From contig JBDRBK010000060.1 of the NCBI GenBank assembly GCA_043822705.1, positions 1-64,000 of the forward strand: a stretch of DNA of 64,000 nucleotides. The letters are read 5' to 3'. This stretch comes from Fidelibacterota bacterium (GTDB lineage Bacteria > Fidelibacterota > Marinisomatia > Marinisomatales > TCS56). Below, one piece after another: positions 18,764-30,537 of the stretch. Numbering within the stretch: position 1 is the first letter of the stretch; every line of letters begins with the position of its first letter. Below the pieces are notes generated by a model. It was not told the DNA's origin. It saw nothing but the letters and a program-made list of their open reading frames with translations, and did no database searches. A program made the position numbers and the translations under genes.

Positions 18764-20077
18764 GTGGGTAGCTCGATCCTCGGAAAACATAAACATTTAT
18801 TAAAGACAGCCGCCGTTGCGATCAGTCTTATCGCCGTTCCGCTGGCGCAGGACTATCAATATAGTAAAATTTACCCGGTCCCCGACCTGTCCTTTTATCC
18901 AGGCGTCCTGACCGGCCTGGACATTCTGCAGCAGACGGATTTCAAACCGCTTCAGGGCAAGCGGATCGCCATCCTCTGTAACCAAACCGCCGTCAATCGC
19001 CAGGGGCAGCACCTGCTGGATTTCATCAACAGTCAGTGGGACATCACGGTTAAAACCATATTTACGCCGGAACATGGTTTATTCGGTCGCCAGGCGGAAG
19101 CGGTCCGCCTGTCCGGCAAGGATGATATCGATCCGGTCACCGGCGCCCGGATCATCAATCTGTTCGGCCGCTATGTCATCCCGCCGCGCTGGTCGCTCAC
19201 CGACGTGGATCTGATCGTCGTCGATCTGGTCGATCCGGGGGTGCGCTATTTTACATTTGCCACGACGATCTCCAAGATGATGGAGACCGCCAGCCAGATG
19301 GGCATCCCGGTGTTTGTGCTGGATCGTCCCAATCCGCTGCGGGGGGATGTCATCGATGGACCGGTAATACGGACCGAGTACCAGTCCTTTGTGGGTTATC
19401 ATCTGGTACCGATCCGCCACGGCCTGACGGTGGGCGAATATGCGCTGATGATCAATGAAATGGGCTGGGCCAAGGACCTGGCCCGGGTGGACCTGACCGT
19501 CATCCCGCTGGTCAACTGGCAGCGCGACCAGTGGTTTGATGAGACCGGCTTGCCCTGGGTGGCGCCGGCGCCCGACCTGGACAGCGTCGAGAATGTTCTG
19601 GTTTACACCGGAACGGCTCTGATCGAAGGTACCAATCTGAGTGTTGGCAAGGGAACCGACAAGCCCTATTACCGGATCGGCGCCCCTTGGATTGCCGGCC
19701 TCTATTATGCGGATGTACTGCGGCGCCAGAACCTGCCCGGGGTTACGCTTACCGCCATCAGTTTTACGCCCCAGGGGCAAACCGGCAGTCCGTTGCAACC
19801 GGCCTATCAGGGCGAGGAATGCCACGGCGTCGAGATCACGGTCACCGACCGCGACCTGTTCGATCCGCTACGGACCGTCACCACCATCATCGTGCTGACG
19901 GAACAGCTCTATCCGCGGCAATTTTCCTGGAATGGCGACTATATCGATAAACTATTCGGCTATGATCTGCTGCGGACTTTCGTGGCCCAGAAAAAGGACC
20001 CAGCCTACTTGCCGGCCCGCTGGACCCATGAGGTGATCCGTTTCAGTGAATTCCGCGAACGGTTTTTACTGTACTGA
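18764..20077 (+). CDS. DUF1343 family exo-beta-N-acetylmuramidase (NamZ-like); start uncertain
   Basis: NQT, FTPEHG, D.GVRYFT, VLDRPNP, PIRHGLTVGE, EGTNLSVGKGT. Confidence 0.85.
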   Translation: MGSSILGKHKHLLKTAAVAISLIAVPLAQDYQYSKIYPVPDLSFYPGVLTGLDILQQTDFKPLQGKRIAILCNQTAVNRQGQHLLDFINSQWDITVKTIFTPEHGLFGRQAEAVRLSGKDDIDPVTGARIINLFGRYVIPPRWSLTDVDLIVVDLVDPGVRYFTFATTISKMMETASQMGIPVFVLDRPNPLRGDVIDGPVIRTEYQSFVGYHLVPIRHGLTVGEYALMINEMGWAKDLARVDLTVIPLVNWQRDQWFDETGLPWVAPAPDLDSVENVLVYTGTALIEGTNLSVGKGTDKPYYRIGAPWIAGLYYADVLRRQNLPGVTLTAISFTPQGQTGSPLQPAYQGEECHGVEITVTDRDLFDPLRTVTTIIVLTEQLYPRQFSWNGDYIDKLFGYDLLRTFVAQKKDPAYLPARWTHEVIRFSEFRERFLLY

Positions 20078-21677
20078 ACGGCCCTTGCGGACGACTGCCC
20101 AAATTCTGGTTGTGCTGTCTCTGCTCAGCGGATTGACCGCCCAGATCCAGTATACTTTACCGAACAATGTCTGGCGGGTTTCCGTCAGCCGGACCCAATC
20201 CCAAGGCGACTGGGTCAGCGGCGCCGGTTATGCCGGTTCCGGTCCCCAGGAATTCACTCTGGAAGGGTACGGCCGCCGTTATTACGATCATCTGGAGCCG
20301 GACGCCTACTACGACCTGTACAATCTTGATTCATTGCGGATCGGACGGTCATACAGCGGCGCCATCATCCGCGGATTCAATAATTCCCTGTCGGCAATGA
20401 TCTGGAACGATACGCTACCCGATTTTTCCAATGAATTTTTTGGTCCCGATTCGGTGACAGTCGGTGGTTTTCTGATCAACACCAGCAACCGGCGAACGGT
20501 TGCGCGACGGGATATCAGCCTGGAATACGGCATTTCGAACCGCGCGACCTTCAGTTTGGAGCTGCCGTACTACGACAGCGTGGAGGAACGGCGACAGTGG
20601 CGCTGGTCCGGAACTCCGCCGGCCGGACTGGCTGAGTTTATCGCCTATCAGGATTCAGCCCGGCAGAAATTCGATGATTTTGCCGCTTTTTTTGATATTA
20701 TCCCGATGAATCAAGACACGCTGGCGATGCTGCTGGATATCCGTGAGCGGCTGTATACGTGGGATGGGAACAGCTCGGTGCTGTGGGCCCTGGCCGGCGG
20801 CACCGATCCCCTGCAGACCGGGATCACCGGCTCGGCCTACAATCCCTTTGCCAGCGACGATACCAGCGCCACGACAATCGATTCGCTGATCGCCTGGTAC
20901 CTGCCGGCCTACCGCCGCATTTCCGGCCTGGGTGACATTACCCTCAGACTGACCTTCCTGCTCGCCGGTAAACCAGTCTGGTCGCGGGCCGGTTTTTATT
21001 CGGTCTACACCGGCGTCGCCGTGCGCCTGCCGCTGGCTCGGCGTTTAAGCCGTTTTGATCCCGAGGACACCGATTCGGCCGGGCGTCCCGCGCAATTTTC
21101 CGAGTACCCGCTGGGAACCGGCAGCACGCGCTGGACGGTGGCGTTCTTCGGTGAATTCTACAAATTTCTGTTCAACCGTCTGATCGGCATCAACTGGTAC
21201 GGATCATTGAGTATCAGCAGCCGGGAATTCCTGAATTTTCCGGTTTCACTGGCGGGGACCAATCTGACCGTACCCGACAGTATCGTGGCCCGTTATGGTT
21301 ACCAGTACGGGCATCGGCCGGGCTGGGAGGGGCAGGGCCGGATCGCCGCTAATCTGGAACTGTGGCCGGATCGAATCCTGCTGCGGCCGCAACTCACGGC
21401 TTATTACCGGGGGCGCGACCGGTTCTATTCCACATCTGATGCTTGGAACCACTCGCAGGAATTCCGTCGTTATGACGGCCGGATCGTATATGATACGCGC
21501 ATTCTGCAACTGACGCCCCAAGTTAGTCTTTTGTTGCGGAATCTGCACCCGATCAGGAAAATCGGACCGCTGCCATTCGAATTGGAAATCGGCGGTTCCA
21601 AGCCGGTTTTTACCCGCCATAACTACTCCGATTATGCGCTGTGGCTGAAATTGACGACCTATTTCCAGAGCTGGTAA
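20046..21677 (+). CDS. Hypothetical exported (probable outer-membrane) protein
   Basis: Long ORF with signal-like N-terminus, GLGDI motif, aromatic C-terminus. Confidence 0.65.
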   Translation: MNSANGFYCTERPLRTTAQILVVLSLLSGLTAQIQYTLPNNVWRVSVSRTQSQGDWVSGAGYAGSGPQEFTLEGYGRRYYDHLEPDAYYDLYNLDSLRIGRSYSGAIIRGFNNSLSAMIWNDTLPDFSNEFFGPDSVTVGGFLINTSNRRTVARRDISLEYGISNRATFSLELPYYDSVEERRQWRWSGTPPAGLAEFIAYQDSARQKFDDFAAFFDIIPMNQDTLAMLLDIRERLYTWDGNSSVLWALAGGTDPLQTGITGSAYNPFASDDTSATTIDSLIAWYLPAYRRISGLGDITLRLTFLLAGKPVWSRAGFYSVYTGVAVRLPLARRLSRFDPEDTDSAGRPAQFSEYPLGTGSTRWTVAFFGEFYKFLFNRLIGINWYGSLSISSREFLNFPVSLAGTNLTVPDSIVARYGYQYGHRPGWEGQGRIAANLELWPDRILLRPQLTAYYRGRDRFYSTSDAWNHSQEFRRYDGRIVYDTRILQLTPQVSLLLRNLHPIRKIGPLPFELEIGGSKPVFTRHNYSDYALWLKLTTYFQSW

Positions 21678-21766
21678 ACAGTATGTAACTATTCGATAAT
21701 TAGCGATTAAATTTGCGCGTTTTACTGGGTTGGGGATCGGATTAATTCGTTGGATAAGGAGGCAGT

Positions 21767-23116
21767 ATGACCAAGGATAAGAAAGCCATCTGGGGCTGGG
21801 CGGCCTATGACTGGGCCAACTCGGCATTCGCCACAACGGTGATGGCCGGATTCTTCCCGATTTTTTTCAAGCAGTACTGGAGTGCCGGTGCCGATGTGAA
21901 TACCAGCACGGCGCAGTTGGGGTTGGGTAATTCGATCGCCAGTCTGATCGTGGCGATCCTGGCTCCGATCCTCGGCGCCATCGCCGACAAAGGCACCAAA
22001 AAGAAAAAATTCATGATATTTTTCGCCTATCTGGGCGTCCTGATGACGGCCGGTCTGTTCCTGGTTCAGCAGGGCAGTTGGGAATGGGCCATCTTCATCT
22101 ATGTAATGGGCATCATCGGTTTTTCCGGCGCCAACGTGTTTTACGATTCCTTGCTCCCGGGCATCGCCGGCGAGGAGAAGATCGACTATGTCTCGGGCCT
22201 CGGCTTCGCCATGGGCTATCTGGGCGGCGGGTTGCTGTTCCTGATCAATGTGCTAATGACCCAGATGCCGGAGGCCTTCGGTCTGGCCGATGCCGGTCAG
22301 GCGGTCCGTTTTTCGTTTTTATCGGTGGCGCTCTGGTGGGGTGGCTTTACTATTTTGACGATTATGTGGGTACCGGAATTCAAGGCCAGCACCGCCGCCA
22401 AGGCCGGCGAGGGATCCTATATTCTGGCCGGGTTCAGGCAATTTTCCGCTACCTTCCGCAAAATTCGCCACCTCAAAACGGTATTCCTGTTTCTGCTGGC
22501 CTACTGGTTTTATATCGACGGGGTCGATACGATCATCCGGATGGCGGTGGACTACGGCATGTCGCTGGGATTCGAATCGGGTGACCTGATCAAGGCGCTG
22601 TTGATCACCCAGTTCGTCGGTTTCCCGTCCGCCCTGATCTTCGGCAAGCTGGGGCAGGACTGGTCCGTGCGCAAGTCGATTTACATCGCCATCGGCGTAT
22701 ACATATTTGTCACGATCTGGGGCGTGCGCATGACCCAACGTCATGAATTCTATATTCTGGCGATCGTGATCGGTCTGGTTCAGGGCGGCATTCAGGCCCT
22801 CAGCCGGTCATATTATTCCCGGCTGATACCCAAAAACCAGGCCGGTGAATTTTACGGCTTTTATAATATGCTGGGGAAATTTGCCGCCATTATCGGACCG
22901 GCTCTGATCGGCCTGGTGGGCCTAGCTACCCGGCGCATCCTGCTGCCGCCATCACCGACCGAACAGCAGTTATTCGAAGTCGGTCAGACGGCCGCGCGCT
23001 GGGGGATCGGTTCGATCATCATCCTGTTCGTGGTCGGCGCGGTTTTGTTCTACTTCGTGGATGAGGAACGCGGTCGCGAGGAAGCAAAATTCCTGGAACA
23101 GTCCACCGCCTCATAA
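21767..23116 (+). CDS. MFS transporter, UMF1/ATG22-like family
   Basis: WAAYDWANSAF, GYLGG, DGVDT, QALSRS; about 12 TM helices; GGAGG RBS. Confidence 0.9.
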   Translation: MTKDKKAIWGWAAYDWANSAFATTVMAGFFPIFFKQYWSAGADVNTSTAQLGLGNSIASLIVAILAPILGAIADKGTKKKKFMIFFAYLGVLMTAGLFLVQQGSWEWAIFIYVMGIIGFSGANVFYDSLLPGIAGEEKIDYVSGLGFAMGYLGGGLLFLINVLMTQMPEAFGLADAGQAVRFSFLSVALWWGGFTILTIMWVPEFKASTAAKAGEGSYILAGFRQFSATFRKIRHLKTVFLFLLAYWFYIDGVDTIIRMAVDYGMSLGFESGDLIKALLITQFVGFPSALIFGKLGQDWSVRKSIYIAIGVYIFVTIWGVRMTQRHEFYILAIVIGLVQGGIQALSRSYYSRLIPKNQAGEFYGFYNMLGKFAAIIGPALIGLVGLATRRILLPPSPTEQQLFEVGQTAARWGIGSIIILFVVGAVLFYFVDEERGREEAKFLEQSTAS

Positions 23117-23163
23117 TCATTTAGAAGACCTGATTCGGGAAAAATCTGAGTCTGAATCCGGCT

Positions 23164-23191
23164 GGCAGACCGGTGTAATAACCGGTCTGCC
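23164..23191. terminator. Strong hairpin downstream of the MFS gene
   Basis: ggcagaccggt-gtaata-accggtctgcc (11-bp stem; no U-tract). Confidence 0.5.
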
Positions 23192-23256
23192 GGTCCGAGG
23201 GGCAGTCTAACAAGCATGGAATCAGACGATTTTGACCGAATATTGGAAAAAAAGTG

Positions 23257-23285
23257 TTGACAGGATATGTTATAAACTATAAAAT
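23257..23285 (+). promoter_or_regulatory. Near-consensus sigma70 promoter
   Basis: TTGACA-N17-TAAAAT. Confidence 0.75.
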
Positions 23286-23291
23286 CCAGCA

Positions 23292-23364
23292 CAGGCCCCG
23301 CAAAAGTGGCGTGCTCTTCAGAGGAAAAATTATTTTCTCGAGGGTAAAATGCGGGGCTTTTTTT
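23292..23364 (+). ncRNA. Candidate ~73-nt structured small RNA or attenuator
   Basis: Begins at the expected TSS; ggccccgca pairs with tgcggggct, inner stems, followed by T7. Confidence 0.45.
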
Positions 23365-23546
23365 TATTCAGTTTCCGAATATCAGCGACGGTGGAACTGG
23401 CTGTTATTGGAACAATTATCTTAGGAACACCGGGTAGCGGAACCGGTTTCTCAATTTATAATGGGCAGTTTCAGTGGACAGTCCCAAGAATTGCGTGCGG
23501 GTAAGGAAAATAATTTTAAATTCAGTCATTATTACGGTTCGATGAT

Positions 23547-24476
23547 TTGAAGTTAAGTACTTATCTACCATTATTTTCGCTGCTCATCGGTGGCTGTGCG
23601 CTGATGACGCCAAAAATAAAAGAACCGATCCTGCTGGAGCGTGATCCGATAGTAGCTTTTCGCTATGAGTACGCGACGGTGTCGATTTTGGTGCCGTACC
23701 GGATCGAAGGCCGGGAACCGGAATCGATTCGTCTGTACTTGGCGTTACGGTCAAGACCGGAAATGATCCTGCTGGAACACGAGTTTTCCGTTGGCGACAC
23801 GCTGGAGCTGTCGCTTCCCAGAAATGTGTTGAGCCAGGACGAAATGGGAAACCTGGCGGTAATCCAACCGTCGGGGGGGGATTACGAAACGATCAAGATC
23901 CTGTTCTCTGCCGGGACCGTCCCGGAGATCAGCCTGCCGGCGGTACTGATCAGGGAGAAACCATATGTGATTACGGGGGTCGTACTGGAACGGAATACGA
24001 TGCTGCCGGTGGCCGGCGCCGTCGTCGAACTGATGGCGCGCAGCTTGAATACCATTTACGGAACGACCGTTTCCAACAGCAGCGGCTTTTTCCGGATTGA
24101 ACTGAAGAATGAATATGGGCATAGCGTAGATTTTTCTCTGCGTATCCTTTCCGACCAGAAATACCCGGAACGACAGGTTACGGTGGAATTCGACACTACC
24201 AAGCAGTTTACGACGCAGGTGCTGCTGGGGGTCAGTGATTCCGGTCTGTCCAGCGGCGTCCGCTACCGGGTATTGGAAAACGGCACAGCCTTTCGGGCAG
24301 GACCCGAGAACAGTGCCGATATCAAATTTTTTCTCGCTGCCGGTGATCTGGTGATTGTGACCAGGGTGGCGGGAAACCGCTTATTTGGCTTCGTGGAGAT
24401 GGAAGCCGGCGGTGGTGATAAAATCCAGGCGGTCCACGGTTGGATTCGGGGAAAAGACGTGGAGCTCAGTAATTAA
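23547..24476 (+). CDS. Hypothetical lipoprotein (carboxypeptidase-regulatory-like and SH3-like segments)
   Basis: Lipobox IGGC; ITGVV....PVAGAVVEL; C-terminal R.GP...GWI. Confidence 0.65.
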   Translation: MKLSTYLPLFSLLIGGCALMTPKIKEPILLERDPIVAFRYEYATVSILVPYRIEGREPESIRLYLALRSRPEMILLEHEFSVGDTLELSLPRNVLSQDEMGNLAVIQPSGGDYETIKILFSAGTVPEISLPAVLIREKPYVITGVVLERNTMLPVAGAVVELMARSLNTIYGTTVSNSSGFFRIELKNEYGHSVDFSLRILSDQKYPERQVTVEFDTTKQFTTQVLLGVSDSGLSSGVRYRVLENGTAFRAGPENSADIKFFLAAGDLVIVTRVAGNRLFGFVEMEAGGGDKIQAVHGWIRGKDVELSN

Positions 24477-24935
24477 ATGCGGAGAATCTTAATACTGACA
24501 ATGGTCCTGCCAATCGTACTTGTTCTGGCTCAGACTCCAACCACCATAACCAGTGACCCCAGCGGTGCTGTGGTGAAAATCAACTGGCGGGTAATCGGGA
24601 CAACGCCGATTAATAACTATCTGATGTCGATGGGTAATAATACGATTACCCTGGAAATGGATGGTTATGCTCCTATCGTCAGTCAGGTAAAAATTCATAT
24701 GGCCCGTCATCTGGAACTGGGTTTCGAGCTCAATCAAATTCATCCGGTGACTTTCAAGTCGGCCGTGGGCGGACTGCGCTTCGCTACCGGTAAGGAAACA
24801 TGGTCTGAGCGGAAAATCAAATTGAAGATGGAGGCCGGCATCCATCAAATCGATGTCTTTGCCGGTGACGTCCCGGTCGATTCGATCCGCGTAACGGTCA
24901 ACGGACCGCTGAAATACATTTACGATCCCCGCTGA
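24477..24935 (+). CDS. PEGA domain protein
   Basis: Signal peptide; ITSDPSGA.V.IN...IGTTP, GY. Confidence 0.8.
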   Translation: MRRILILTMVLPIVLVLAQTPTTITSDPSGAVVKINWRVIGTTPINNYLMSMGNNTITLEMDGYAPIVSQVKIHMARHLELGFELNQIHPVTFKSAVGGLRFATGKETWSERKIKLKMEAGIHQIDVFAGDVPVDSIRVTVNGPLKYIYDPR

Positions 24936-25135
24936 TTGAACCGTTTTTCGGTACCGGTCCAATGGTATTAAAAAGAGGACCGGTCTGTCCTTTATAGTTG
25001 TTGTAAAAATTGAATGTTCGTAAACTTTTGCATCGTATAATCGTTTTGAACGCGTATTTGCAGAGTATTGAATCATACCATTTTTCATTGTCCTAACCAA
25101 AACATCACATAAGGAAAAGTAGGAGCTCAAACACC

Positions 25136-27073
<1,938 letters not shown>

Positions 27074-27096
27074 GCTTTTCCGGCTTAGTCCAATCG

Positions 27097-27128
27097 AAAA
27101 GGGGCTTCAATCGAAGCCCCTTTTTTTT
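27097..27128. terminator. Bidirectional rho-independent terminator
   Basis: aaaa-ggggcttc-aatc-gaagcccc-tttttttt. Confidence 0.85.
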
Positions 27129-27187
27129 ATAGATAAGTAGTTGTGGGTTGGGGAGAACTGGTCTCTATAATTCAGACCGGGGATAGA

Positions 27188-27385
27188 TCAAATCGTTTTT
27201 AAATCACCTACCTGGCAGACGATTTCGCCGCAGGAGCAGACGATCAGATCATGATCCTGCATACCGGCGTAATCAGCATAATCGGCGCTCCAGATCTGAT
27301 AACAGTGATCGCAGCGTAGCGGATCGCCGGCAAATATAAAACCGCGATTTATGTTCTTGTCGACGGTAAAGTGGGCGTGTTCCAT
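27188..27385 (-). CDS. Small Cys-rich (zinc-ribbon-like) protein, 65 aa
   Basis: AAGGA RBS before ATG; CDHC...CSC....C. Confidence 0.55.
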   Translation of the reverse strand: MEHAHFTVDKNINRGFIFAGDPLRCDHCYQIWSADYADYAGMQDHDLIVCSCGEIVCQVGDLKTI

Positions 27386-27567
27386 GCTATTTCCTTTCAA
27401 GTTCTACGATAGGTGTACAAAAGGCGTACAAAATATAAGACCGGAAATTCACTAGTGCAAGACCAGATCGGAATAATTATTGAGAATGTGACGCGGTGGG
27501 GGCTAATTTCCAGTGCTTGCAGCTTATAAAATGACATTCAATCAGGAATTATAACCAAGGAGAAATA

Positions 27568-29031
27568 ATGGCTCATCTCAAGCAAGTGACCGCCACCAAA
27601 AAATCATGGAAAGATCTGCAGTTTGATCTGATTGCGACTGGCGTTTTCGAAGAAACGCGACTCAGCGGATTGGGAGAGGAAATTGATGCGGTTATCGGGG
27701 GACAGATAACGGCTGCAATTAAAAATGGTGATATCCGCGGTAAAACCAAGGAAACCACCCTGTTTTACGGTAAAGATTTTCGCGTTTTAGTTCTCGGACT
27801 GGGTAAAAAGGATAAATTCAACTCTGAAGTCGTACGCCGGGCCGCCGCCACCGTTGCCAGGACCGGGCTGGAAAAGAAAACCGGCCGTATGGTTCTGGAA
27901 TCCTTCGGCGGGGACAATTCCGCCCTGGCGAACCAGGCCCTGGCCGAAGGTGTCGTGCTGGGCAGCTATCAGTTTCTGAATTACAAGAAACCTGATGAGG
28001 AGCGTTTTGAGCTGACCGCTGCCGCGGCCCTGAATACCGACCCCGCGGCCATCCGTAAGGGCAGCCTGATCGGTGCGGCCGTCTGTTTCGCCCGCGACCT
28101 TGGTAACCATCCCGGCAATGTGGCCACGCCGACCTATCTGTCACAACAGGCCGCAGCGATCGCCAAAGACGGCGATATGAAATTGACCGTATTCGATCGG
28201 GACGAATTTACCAAAATGGGCATGGGCGCCTTGGCCGGTGTGGCCCAGGGTACCGACGAGCCGCCTAAATTTATCCTGCTGGAATACAATGGCGGCGGAG
28301 CCGCAAAACCGGTGGCCCTGGTCGGCAAGGGTCTGACTTTCGACAGTGGCGGTATCTCGATCAAACCCGGCGCGGGCATGGACGACATGAAATATGACAT
28401 GTGCGGTTCGGCCGTGGTGCTGGGAGCGATGCAGGCGATCGCCGCCCTGAAACCGAAAATGAACGTGGTTGCGGCGATTCCGTCCACCGAAAACCTGAGC
28501 GGCGGCAAGGCTTACAAGCCGGGCGATATTCTGACCGCCTACAACGGCAAAACTATCGAAATACTGAACACCGACGCCGAGGGCCGGGTGATACTGGCCG
28601 ATGCCCTGAGCTATGTCAGCAAGCACTACGAGCCGCAGTATATCCTGGATTTCGCCACCCTGACCGGCGCCGTTTTAATCGCCCTGGGCCATATCGCCAC
28701 CGGCATTCTGGGCACCGATGAAGAACTGATCCAAAAAATCAAGACGGCAGCCGATGTGACCGGTGAGAAATTCTGGCAATTGCCCCTGTGGGATGAATAT
28801 TGCGAACAGGTTAAATCCAAGATCGCCGATGTGAAAAACGTGGGTAAGGAACGCCAGGCCGGCACGATCGCCGGGGCGGCCTTCCTGAAGGAATTCGTCG
28901 GCGAAGGCATCTCCTGGGTGCACTTCGATATCGCCGGCACGGCCTGGAGCGACGAGGATATTCCCTATAATGTGAAAAACACCGCCAGTGGCGCCGTCAT
29001 CCGGACTGTACTGGAAGTAATGGGCGTCTGA
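27568..29031 (+). CDS. pepA: Leucyl aminopeptidase (M17)
   Basis: GKGLTFDSGG, MKYDM, NTDAEGR, ATLTG, HFDIAG. Confidence 0.96.
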   Translation: MAHLKQVTATKKSWKDLQFDLIATGVFEETRLSGLGEEIDAVIGGQITAAIKNGDIRGKTKETTLFYGKDFRVLVLGLGKKDKFNSEVVRRAAATVARTGLEKKTGRMVLESFGGDNSALANQALAEGVVLGSYQFLNYKKPDEERFELTAAAALNTDPAAIRKGSLIGAAVCFARDLGNHPGNVATPTYLSQQAAAIAKDGDMKLTVFDRDEFTKMGMGALAGVAQGTDEPPKFILLEYNGGGAAKPVALVGKGLTFDSGGISIKPGAGMDDMKYDMCGSAVVLGAMQAIAALKPKMNVVAAIPSTENLSGGKAYKPGDILTAYNGKTIEILNTDAEGRVILADALSYVSKHYEPQYILDFATLTGAVLIALGHIATGILGTDEELIQKIKTAADVTGEKFWQLPLWDEYCEQVKSKIADVKNVGKERQAGTIAGAAFLKEFVGEGISWVHFDIAGTAWSDEDIPYNVKNTASGAVIRTVLEVMGV

Positions 29032-29061
29032 TAGCGCCTGATAACAACGGACTTACTAAAG

Positions 29062-29093
29062 ATAAAGCCCCTGGTGTATGCCGGGGGCTTTAT
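29062..29093. terminator. Rho-independent terminator
   Basis: ataaagcccc...ggggctttat. Confidence 0.75.
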
Positions 29094-29485
29094 TATGAGC
29101 TGAAAATTGATGTACTACCTATCGATTTTTTTTTGAAAATAATACGCAAATGCTGGTAATTAGTTCAACGATAGCAAAGATGTGGCCTACTATTAAGGTT
29201 GCCTCAGTTTTATTTATGTATTACAACTCTGAAAATAAATAGAGCTATACAGATTAGTATATTCACCTGGTTAGATTAATTAACTGATATTATTAATAGT
29301 TATTTAGAATACTGCTGTATTGAGGTCTTGCCTGATCTTAAGTATTCTCGGCAAATAGACCGTCAAACCGCGGCTGTATACAAATTTCGTTTTTCAATTG
29401 CTGATCCTTCAGTAGGTTATGTATAACAAATTTGAATTTGATCGGATTGTAGTTGGTCACTGGTTATATCGATGATGGAGGCAAT

Positions 29486-30061
29486 ATGGCTGATTATCCT
29501 TCCCGCGCTGAGGCGCTGGAATTATTTTATGAGTACACTAAAAGTGAATCGCTGCGTAAGCACGGCCTGGCAGTGGAACAGGTGATGCGTAAGCTGGCCG
29601 CGAAATACGGTCAAGATGTTGAATTATGGGGCATCACCGGTCTGCTGCACGATTTTGATTATGAGCGCTACCCCACGGCTGAGGAACATCCCTGGAAAGG
29701 CAATCAAATCCTGAAAGCAAAGGGGTACCCAGCCGAAATGCTGGCGGCCATCATGGGGCATGCCGATTACACCGGCATCCCCCGGGAAAGTCTGATGGCT
29801 AAAGCCCTGTTCGCATGCGATGAATTATCAGGTTTCATATTTGCGGTGGCATATGTGCGGCCGTCGAAGTCGGTGCTGGATGTGAAAGTCAAATCGGTCA
29901 GTAAAAAGCTGAAGGACCGCAGTTTCGCCGCCAAGGTCAGCCGTGAAGATGTGGAAATGGGGATCGTCGAGTTGGGCGTGGACCGGGCTGAACATATCCA
30001 GTTCGTAATCGACGCCCTGAAGGAAAAGGCCGCCGAGCTGGGACTAGCCGGAGAATTGTAG
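29486..30061 (+). CDS. HD-domain phosphohydrolase (HDIG-like)
   Basis: SLRKH, GLLHDFDYE, ACDELSG; GGAGG RBS before ATG 29486. Confidence 0.88.
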   Translation: MADYPSRAEALELFYEYTKSESLRKHGLAVEQVMRKLAAKYGQDVELWGITGLLHDFDYERYPTAEEHPWKGNQILKAKGYPAEMLAAIMGHADYTGIPRESLMAKALFACDELSGFIFAVAYVRPSKSVLDVKVKSVSKKLKDRSFAAKVSREDVEMGIVELGVDRAEHIQFVIDALKEKAAELGLAGEL

Positions 30062-30143
30062 ACAAGAGCGGAGGAGCAGAAGGGCAGGGGAGCATAGGGG
30101 GAGCGGCCGGGAATGGTTTGCAATCCGGTGGAGAGAATATTGA

Positions 30144-30500
30144 CTATTGTCCAGTTAGTTTCTGGCGGAATACGAAGAAAACAGCGCCCAGAATGCAAAG
30201 ACCGGCCCACAGATAATCCAGTTTGAGCGGCTCTTTCATGAACAAGATCGAAAAAGGCGCAAAAATCGACAGCGTGATGACTTCCTGAAGTATTTTTAAT
30301 TGGCCGAGGTTCATCACCTGAAAACCGATCCGGTTGGCCGGCACTTGCACCAGGTATTCGAACAGGGCGATTCCCCAGCTGACCAGTGCGGCGATAATCC
30401 AGGGTTTTCCAGTCAGGTTCTTCAAATGTCCGTACCAGGCAAAAGTCATAAACACATTACTGCAGCATAACAGAAAAGCCGTAATCAGAATCGTACGCAT
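30144..30500 (-). CDS. DMT family small membrane protein (DUF486)
   Basis: SNVFMTFAWYGHLK, SWGIALFEY, QVPANRIG, QLKILQEVI. Confidence 0.88.
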   Translation of the reverse strand: MRTILITAFLLCCSNVFMTFAWYGHLKNLTGKPWIIAALVSWGIALFEYLVQVPANRIGFQVMNLGQLKILQEVITLSIFAPFSILFMKEPLKLDYLWAGLCILGAVFFVFRQKLTGQ

Positions 30501-30537
30501 ATTCGTATCCTCGGCGTCAGCGGTGGAATCTTCTATG

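Noticed and set aside
29100..29470. AT-rich intergenic stretch as an integron cassette (GTATAAC...GTTATAT)
   Set aside because: The putative attC is too short, has no complementary L boxes, has no proper ORF and there is no integrase; at most a decayed remnant.
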